A stretch of DNA of 64,000 nucleotides from Ancylonema sp. (taxonomy: Eukaryota), in NCBI GenBank assembly GCA_050230475.1, contig JBFLGF010000096.1, forward strand, positions 1 through 64,000, in the 5' to 3' direction. The notes beneath the pieces were generated by a model, which saw only the letters and a list, made by a program, of their open reading frames with translations, ran no database searches and was not told the DNA's origin. Position 1 is the first letter of the stretch. Every line of letters starts with the position of its first letter. Both the position numbers and the translations under genes were made by a program. This document shows, piece after piece, positions 55,779-64,000 of this stretch.

Positions 55779-56960
55779 GGGGGGGGGGAGTTACGATATT
55801 CCAGCCTCCTACCTACACTTCCACTACATCGACAAAACCCCTTCCTGTCAATACTTTGAGTACGATTACCCCTTCATCGACTGATTTCATCATCGGTGAC
55901 CCATTTACCCTACCGATCTCATCTGGCACGTCTGCTGTAATGCCTGTATGAATCGCCATCCGGAAACCCCTCTGTTTTAATTAGAATACTAAATCAGCCG
56001 CACCGCTATGTTTTTCCGCCTTGTGACGACTCCGCCCCTGCTCATTTCATTCCGAGATTCGTCGTTGACCGGCGCCCCTTTTATTGAGTTTTGAGTAGTC
56101 AACCTTTGACTAGCTCACCTGTGTATTTGAATTGATTAGATTACGTGTCAGACTTGTCACCGATATCAATCGTGACCGTAGCTCTTTAGATCAATCGCTC
56201 AGAATCAAATAGAGATGTTTGCAACCAATTATAGCGTGCCCGCCGAGTTGATTTAGATATTACTTGCCACGCGTATCCCAGCGAGCGCGCTAGTAGAATG
56301 TTCGAGTTTAACAATAAAGACTCCTATAACTTTTCAAATCTCAGCTTTCGCCGAATTTGACGCTGTAGAGATTTTTCCTTGCACACCATTGATTTACTCG
56401 ACACTCTGAATTCTTTGCCTCGCGCAACCTTGCCGTATGTGATCTTTTGCTTACGCAATATCGTGTGTATCGAGCGTTCGCTCAGTTGTGATTACATTGC
56501 ATCAAGCTGTCGCTTTGCAACCGTGTGTTTATTCTCGTTACCGAAAGCATCGATTGTCTGACCTGCTGCGCAGTCAAAAATAACATGTTTGAATTACCGA
56601 GCGTTCGCTCATCCGTGCAATGCATTCGCACATCTCTTTTTCTACTATTGACAAGCTTTGCAGAATTGTATCCTAATCGATTGCTTGCTAATCAAGAATC
56701 GACGCATCTTTTACTATAATCTTGTGTCGCTCTCGTTACTTTTAAGCCGTCAAGTAAGAGCAGCGTGTGATACCTTGCTAGCAGTGAGTAGTACAACGAA
56801 TAAATCTCGAAAGCTGTCTCGATATTCCAGCCTCCTATCTACACTTCCACTACATCGACAAGACCCCTTTTTGTCAATACTCTCAGTGCGATTACCCCTT
56901 CATCGACTGATTTCATCATCGATGACCCATTTACCCTACCGATCTCATCCGGCACGTCAC
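55779..56960 (+). mobile_element. PPT plus putative LTR, bounded by a 139-bp direct repeat
   Basis: G10-AG purine tract 55779-55790, then GTTACG ... CGTCAC (imperfect inverted ends); 55794-55932 is repeated at 56820-56958. Confidence 0.55.
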
Positions 56961-57007
56961 GCGAGAGTCTCGCTTGCACGCTTGCTCGCTTGAGAGTAGT
57001 GTGCTTG

Positions 57008-57160
57008 CCGGAGCCCAATGAGCCCAGAGCCCACAAGATGAGGGCTCATTGAGCCCGGAGCCCAAAGGGGTCTATTTCTTCCGGCTGCGAGCTACATGTC
57101 GGAGCTCATGCCCGAACGTAAGCTCGGATCCGGGCTTAGATCCGGGCTCGGAGCCCAAAA
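57008..57160. repeat. gagccc-rich TIR-element end fragment, shared with 10198-10247
   Basis: ccggagcccaatgagc.c.gagcccacaagat..gggctcattgagcccg is present at both loci. Confidence 0.65.
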
Positions 57161-57553
57161 TCCATAAATTTGTGAAAAAAACGGTTTCTACGGCCAGATT
57201 TTATCGCTAGCATTTTTGTTTGATTTAATCCAGAATTACTTCACTAACGATATTTACATGAAGCGATCGCATCTTACATATAACAAAGAGTATATTAAAA
57301 TAACATATTTCATACAACAACAATCACACTGAATCAACATTCAAAAAATAAGTATAACACTCCCATCCATAGTTAGGTCTTTGGCTTGCGCGTGCGCACG
57401 CGTGCGGCAAGCGCACGGTAGTACGGTAGCGTGTGGTACTTCCTACACCCCAGGGGATGCGAAATGTTTCCAAAATCGTGGAATATTTTTGGTAGACCGG
57501 TTACAACGGTGGCATTTTAATATTTGGGGCCTAAGACGTTATATCGTACTACC

Positions 57554-58008
57554 TTTTAGGGATGTTACGTGATCGGGGTGCGGGGCAGTGTGATTCTTTC
57601 CGTACAAGGAACTTACGTCTCTCAGAAGTGATCAATGACAAAGTGTTGAGTAGGAAGAATAATCTTGAATGGTCGGCATCATGTAGGTATACCACGATGC
57701 CTCGTCCACAACGGGAATCTACAAAGCGTGCCGACGGTCGTGTCTGCGAACCGTCGGCCTATCATAACTCAACAACAGTCAGATCCTGTCAACGGCACAC
57801 GCCGGACAGTCTGACAAAACATAACGTCTAGATTCGGAACCATCTAGACCGCACGTGCTACAAACGGCACAACCGAAACGTCATATTCGGGTGCCCGGCA
57901 TAAGTCCGGCCCCTCAATATAAGACACCCTAGGAACCCTACCGGTTACATAACCGGCAGTCCGGACTAGCACGCTAGCAAACATGGCTATCCGATATAAT
58001 TCCTCACA
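57554..58008 (-). repeat. 3' LTR of the copia element
   Basis: Highly similar to 63659-64000; minus-strand ends TGTGAGGAAT...ATCCCTAAAA. Confidence 0.9.
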
Positions 58009-58779
58009 CCCCCTCGGATGCCATCCAAGTTTGGCATTAAGTCAGCACCAAAAGGACCACCCTCTCAACAGCTAAGTCATGGCAAGACCATTGCATACAT
58101 GGAATAGTAGGGTCTTGTCTTCTCTAACATCAATGTGCTAGAGGCATTTATCAAATAAATCACAGCCGATCGGAAGACGATCGGGAAGCCGATCGGAACT
58201 CCAGAAGAAGCCGATCGGAAGCCGATCGGAACTCCAGAAGACGATCGCTCCAGATCCTTAGTCGTTTTTCGGGCCGGAGCCCTTAACATACAAACAAAGA
58301 CCACAAGTTAGGGCTATACAAAAATGACAACAAGTCGATCTTCTGTAGTTTTCTCCGAATAACTTGAAAATATGCAAAACTTCACAACTTTCTCAGAACT
58401 TCACCATTTTCTTATTCTTAAAACTTCATAACTTTCTCAATACTTCAACTTCACCAAATCAAACGATATTTTGACACAACATTTATTTGTAATTAATATG
58501 AATGGCAACACACACATGTGCCAGAATTCATGAACAACTGACAACTTTAGATGCAAGCAGATCTGCAACTTTTTTCAGGTGTCCTCGAGTGTTTTCAGGG
58601 CAGAAAAAGGAGTAGGGGACTTAGCTGGATAGACGAGCGTTGAGAGCCCTCCCCAGGTGCATTCTGCAAGAAGAATAACAGAACATACACCCCCTGCCAA
58701 ACACAGCATGGCAGCCAAATCCCCTAGAACCTAATGTGCACCCCTTTCAGTTAACCACCCAAAACCTATAGACTTTCCG

Positions 58780-61700
58780 TGTCTGTCAAGTAAGACCTGT
58801 GGAAGAGCCTTAGTGAACATATTCGGCTGGTTGATTTGGCCCCTGCCAGATACATATATACTTCAGCCTACCAGTTCTGTGGCACTCTCTCACCCAGTGG
58901 TATACCACATTGAAGTGCTTGCTTGTTGGCCTTCTGGCGCTCGACTGCTGGGTTCTGGATCATTGAGAGTGCAGCAGTTGAGTCACTACTGTAAACTGTA
59001 ATTTCATTATTAGGGAGTTTGAGCTCATGCAGGGGAGCGACTTCAAGTAACAGCATTCTTTAGACACACTACAGGCAGCAATATACTCAGCCTCTGCTGT
59101 ACCCTGTGCGACTGTAGACTGTTTCTGTGACTTCCGGCTTAAAGCAGTTCCCCCAACAGTAGTGACCCAGCCTGTGACCGACTTCCCAGTCATACTGCAG
59201 TTGTTCCAACTAGCATCACAGTACCCCCTGATCTCTAACTTCCTTTGCCTCACGTAGCATATTCCGTGATCCACTGTACCCTTTAAATATCTGAACACTT
59301 GGTGTAAGGATTTGATGTGAGCAGTCCGAGGATTCCCCATGTGTTTTGCCAGTACCCCCAGTGCATGCGCAATATCCGGTCTGGTGTGTTTCATTGCTAA
59401 ATGAGTGACCCAATTTTTCCCCGGAATTCAGTTATCTGTTCAGGTGTAGGGGGAGTTAGAGGTTCATCGTCTTGGTGAAATGTCAGTCCAGGTGGTAAGG
59501 GTAGTTTTGTAGGATTACAGTTTGCCATGCCAAAACGTTCCAGAACCTGTTTTATGACCCTCCCTGATGCAACGTCAGCACCCCCTGTTGTTTGTCCCTT
59601 TTCACTTCCACCCCCAGGATATGGGTTAGGGCCCCAAGATCCTTCATTTTGAATTTCCCAGATAGTTCTTGTTTGAATGCCTTAATGACCATGGTGTTAT
59701 AGGACCAACTATCACCTGATCATCTACGTGTATTCCCACTATGATCCGTGACTGTCCCTGTTCCCCTGGTGTATATGGCATGTGTCCATAATACACTGTT
59801 TGAACCCTATACTGAGCATGAAGGTTGTGAACATTTCACCCCAGACCTTGCTACTCTGGTTTCAGTCCGTACAGTGCCCCTCATTCTCAAAACTTTTCCC
59901 TCAGCCCCTCCCTCTCTCCTTTCCATGTATACTTCCTCTGTCCACTTCTTCCGTCAGTCTTCCGTGCAAGAAAGCAGTGACCACATCCATCTGTTCAATT
60001 TCCCAACCCTCCTGATTCGCAATAGCTAGTAGAAGAGAGATAGAGGTACTATCTACTACAGGTGCGAATATTTCATTATTAGTCAACTCCTTCTTGTTGT
60101 TGAAAACCTTGGGCGACCAGTCTGACTTTATATCGTTTCAAGGGTTCCCGTGGGTGTGTATTTTGTTTTGAATACATTTTTGCACCCCACAGCCCTTTTA
60201 CCTCGTGGAAGTTCACACACCTCGAAGGTGTTGAATTCCCCCAAGCTCTTCAGCTCCTCCTGGATAGCAGCTAACCACTGGTCCCAGTCTGGCCTCGTCA
60301 TGGCCTGGTTCAGCGTCAGAGGGTCGGAGGAGTCAGCAGACGTGGCAAGCTCATACAGAAACCAGGGTCAGAGGGGCCGTTGAAGCCTGTGAAGAAGCAA
60401 GTCGCCTCCCACTCCTCGTCCTGAATGGCTGCTGCTAGCGCTTGGTCGTCGAACCCCTTCCCCATCGTTTCAGAGGACATCCCCAAAGTGGGCGAAGTTT
60501 GCCCTCCCTTCTCCCCATCACCCTCTCAGCTATGCTCACAACATTTACCCCTTGCCCTCCCCTTCACCCCCTCTTTGCACCTCCTCCTCCTCGCCTGCCA
60601 CTCCTGCGTTGTTGATCCCTGACTGGCTGTCAGACAGCTCAATCACCAGAGATAGGGACCTCAGCAGCTGGTGGTGGCGGATCTGTAATACTGGGATCTG
60701 GGCTCCTGGGTCGGTGTGTGCTGCTGCTGCTGCTGCTGGCACTGCTGCTGGAGCTGCTGCTGCTTCTTCTGCTGCTGGCGTTGCAGCGTTTACTGCTGCT
60801 TGTCCTGATACCCCCTCCAGCCTAGGCTCATCATCCGTGTCGGGGAACAGCTGAGAAAGTGTTCATCTGCTGACGCCTCGACCTGGGGAGCTCTCCCCCC
60901 CATGAGGCTCGGGTACCCCGGCACTTCCTCGAAGAAACGGACGTCTGGCCGCAACATCACGCCGGCTCTGAGCGGGTCGAAGATGTTGTACCCAGCCTGA
61001 TCTGCTGCCAGCCCAATATACACCCCAAAAGCAGTCCTGGCAGCATACCCCTTGTTTTTTCATGCCCAACTAGCAAATATTGAACCAGACAGCCGAATGT
61101 GTGACTTCTGTCCATTTTTATTGACGTCCCGTCCACTCCTCAATAGGTATCCCCCCTGTCCAATGAACTAGGGGGGTCCTGTTCCTTAACCAGTTTGCGT
61201 GCATCAGTGCCACATCCCAATATGATTTAGGCAATTTAGACCACATCAGCAAACACCTCATCTTTTCCATCAATGTTCTGTTCAACCTTTCACACATTCC
61301 ATTCTACTGAGGACTGTAGGGAGCAGTCAGTTCATGTCTGATGCCTTTATCCTCACAATAGCCTCTCCACTCTTTACTTGTGTATTCACCCCCCCCATCT
61401 GTCCTGATAGACTTCAACGCCAGTCCTGATTCAACTTCAAGTTTCTGTACAGTGATGCGCGTTTGACTAAGAGCCTCGCTCTTGTGCCTGAGGAGAGATA
61501 ACTGTTGACAGTCTAGTGTTGACCTCTATCCCTGTCTGTGCGTACAACCCTCCGTGCATTGACTTAACACCAAAAGGACCTATCAGATCTAGATGCACCT
61601 TCCCATTTTCGGCATAGTGGCCACATCATCGCTAGCATAGCATGCCCCTTCTGTCCCATCTTCCCCATACAACAGATCTCACAATCCTGACTTCAGTCAA

Positions 61701-62230
61701 TTCCTCCTGATTCAGTCTCGGTATATCACCACGTCTGGCCATGTCTGACATGGCTGGAATACCAGGGTGACCCAGTTTGCCATGCCAAAGCATGCCGATG
61801 GACAGATTAGCTTGCAGACCAGAAGAACCAGGCATGATGATAGATGCATGCAGCAACGACAGACCATTCCTCTGCCTGCTGACATCAGCCCATTTCAGTC
61901 CATTCTTAGTCAGTTTGGGGCCATGTGGTGTCTGGGCAAAGCTCAGCCCACCTCTCTGGACGAGGCAGTCGGTGGACACAGGGTCGCAGCGAATGTAGGG
62001 ACGTGCAGAGCAGCGAGAGGGACGACGAAAAGAGGAGTCGTCGTTCTTCACTTTCACGTGCACGAAGCCTGTCCCCTCGACCTTGTGAGTCGTGCCATCG
62101 GCCGTGTGGATGAAAAAGAATGCTGCATTGGGACGTTGGTGTCGTACTCGACGAAGTGGTTTCGGTTTACGAAGACGTGATCAGTCGAGCCTGAATCAAG
62201 CGAAACAATCAGTTCCAGCTGCCATCGCAA
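58780..62230 (-). pseudogene. pol: Copia pol remnants (protease, integrase, reverse transcriptase, RNase H)
   Basis: Fragments in several frames, e.g. HTRPDIAHALGVLAKHMGNP, EIFAPVVDSTSISLLLAIA, YIGLAADQAGYNIFDP. Confidence 0.9.
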
Positions 62231-62324
62231 TCCTTGCGTCAGATGAGAATGCTGCATAAGCTAAGGATTTAGAGGCATCGAAAGGTGTGTCTGGTCTTGC
62301 AGCAAGTCTAGCCTGAGAGCTTGA

Positions 62325-63320
62325 TTACGGAGATTTCGAATCAGGTGCAGACAATGCCAGATCAGATTTACGCTTTAAACATTCTGCCAATGTGTGTCCA
62401 AGCTGCTTATCACAGTATCTTCTGCACCTTTGGTTTCGGACTGCCAACTTCCCTGGCCAGCCGATCTTCCTCCTCCACCTTGCCGTTGCTGGCCGCAATT
62501 GCGACAGCCTGTGGCCGGTCTGGTTGCAGCCATGGCACCTCATTGGCGGACGCACGGGGCAATCCGACTTCAAGTGGCCATATTGGTTGCAGCCGTAGCA
62601 CTGAGTTCTCGTCAGGTCGCGACTTCCGGGAACGCCGATCCCACCTGGTCGACTTGGGCCAGCTCCGGAGCTGCCCGAGTACCCTCCCCTTCCTACGAAA
62701 TCGGCCTGCTGCCCTCCCGGCAGCGCCCCTCTCTTCCGGTCGTTGCAGACCTCCCGTCGATCGCCAGCTGACAGAGTGTTGACGGCCTGAGGGATCGTGA
62801 AGAGTGATGGTGCAGAAACTGCCCAGGACATCACGCTCTCCACTCGTGCGCTGTAGCGAGTGTTCAAGGAATTCAGGAAGTTAATCGTCTGCTTTGCCGG
62901 CTTGACTGGCTCCCCCAGATGCCTTAGCCGATCGTGCAGCTCCTGAAGTCGCTTGACGTAATCGCTCAGCTCCTCCGCCTCTCCCATGATAATTGCCGTG
63001 AGCTCAGCTTCAGCGTTGGCAATTTCGATGGCTCCCTGAATGTCGTAGAAAGACTCCAGGGCCTCCCACATCTCTGTAGCAGTCGTGCAGTTCCTCACAT
63101 GTGTCAGCTCCCCCGTCTGGAGGTGTTTGACGATGTAGGCCATCGCAGCGATATTCTTCTTCGACCAGACCTCTCGAAGGAGAGTCTGTCGACCGATGAG
63201 CTGGGTGCGTGTTGTGATCGTTCTAGCGACGTCCGCAGCCTCCAGCGTATCGAGCTCATCCTGCGTGTGTGGTAGAAACACGACAGGCTCTTCTTGCCTC
63301 GGCGATTTTCCCCAATCCAT
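62325..63320 (-). pseudogene. gag: Copia gag (UBN2-type) with two CCHC knuckles, second frameshifted
   Basis: TATEMWEALESFY, LSDYVKRLQELHDRL, CYGCNQYGHLKSDC, CHGCNQTGHRLSQ. Confidence 0.88.
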
Positions 63321-63658
63321 AACTATGTCGTGCAGCTCCTTGTCGCCAGACCAAAAACTTGATCTTAAATGCCCACCCTTTGTAGTCTGCTCCCTGTGAA
63401 GACCGGAATGTATGACTTTTCCGTCATGTTAGGCAACAGCAGCTAAAATTCTGGTGCTTCAGCTTCCAGGCTACTTTCTTGAGCGTGTTTCGTGCAGCGC
63501 TACTCACACCTCAGTCACTGGCAGCGCAACGAAGGATTACGCGTGCAGTATACTTAATAACACCTCTACCTCAGAGTGCCTTTAGCAGCGAATTGTGTGG
63601 AATGCCTGTAGTTATTGACACAACGTCTCTAACTAGACCGCTTGTGGGCCCATAACCT

Positions 63659-64000
63659 TTTTAGGGATGTTACGTGATTGGTGTGCGAGGCAGTGTGATT
63701 CTTTCCGTACAAGGGAACTTACGTCTCTCAGAAAGTGATCAATGACAAAGTGTTGAGTTGGAAGACTAATCTTGAATGGTCGGCATCGTGTATAGGTATA
63801 CCACGATGCCTCGTCCACAACATGAATCTACAAAGCGCCGACGGTCGTATCTGCGAACCGTCGGCCTATCATAACTCAACAATAGTCAGATCCTGTCAAC
63901 GGCACACGCCGGACAGTCTGACAAAACATAACGTCTAGATTCGGAACCATCTAGACGCACGTGCTACAAACGGCACAACCGAAACGATTCGGGTGCCCGG
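63659..64000 (-). repeat. 5' LTR of the copia element (partial)
   Basis: Matches 57554-57898; adjacent PBS at 63645-63657. Confidence 0.9.

Larger units (their letters stand above)
57554..64000 (-). mobile_element. Ty1/copia LTR retrotransposon, decayed; 5' LTR runs off the right edge
   Basis: 3' LTR 57554-58008, 5' LTR from ~63659; PPT GAGGGGG at 58015-58009; PBS GGTTATGGGCCCA at 63657-63645. Domain order gag-PR(LDSGSTDH)-GAG-pre-INT(LWHGKLGHPG)-INT(IRTDGGGEY..TAPYSPQ)-RT(QMDVVTAFLHG)-RNaseH(GYCDASW, STVAQGTAEAEY), with many stops and frameshifts. Confidence 0.95.

Noticed and set aside
55794..56958. TRIM element with 139-bp LTRs
   Set aside because: No PBS after the first repeat, no PPT before the second, no TG...CA ends on each repeat and no TSD.
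57554..57562. TTTTAGGG as a telomeric seed
   Set aside because: Single copy that is simply the LTR terminus, present in both LTRs.

Overview
Eukaryotic, intron-rich nuclear DNA from a streptophyte. A charophyte alga or non-seed plant is likely, inferred from the RECQ4, HD2 and OAS-TL proteins. Host genes: RecQ4A/B-like helicase (minus strand, runs off the left edge); a divergently oriented HD2/HD-tuin histone deacetylase with a U12-type AT-AC intron; a complete organellar cysteine synthase (OAS-TL); two tandem C2H2-zinc-finger + PARP-like ADP-ribosyltransferase genes, both disrupted in the same segment; and an OCT-type MFS transporter with one in-frame TGA. Intergenic space is packed with non-autonomous hAT elements (8-bp TSDs), TA-flanked pogo/Tc1-like MITEs, two CRE-like LINE 3' remnants and a 63-bp satellite with a 3-mer higher-order repeat. 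A decayed Ty1/copia element fills the right end. The most unusual feature is a decayed C5 cytosine-methyltransferase domain (~52.3-53.4 kb) of the retrotransposon-borne type. Its catalytic motifs are altered and it lies between two outward-facing PPT/LTR-like junctions. All family assignments come from reading motifs by eye; no database searches were run.
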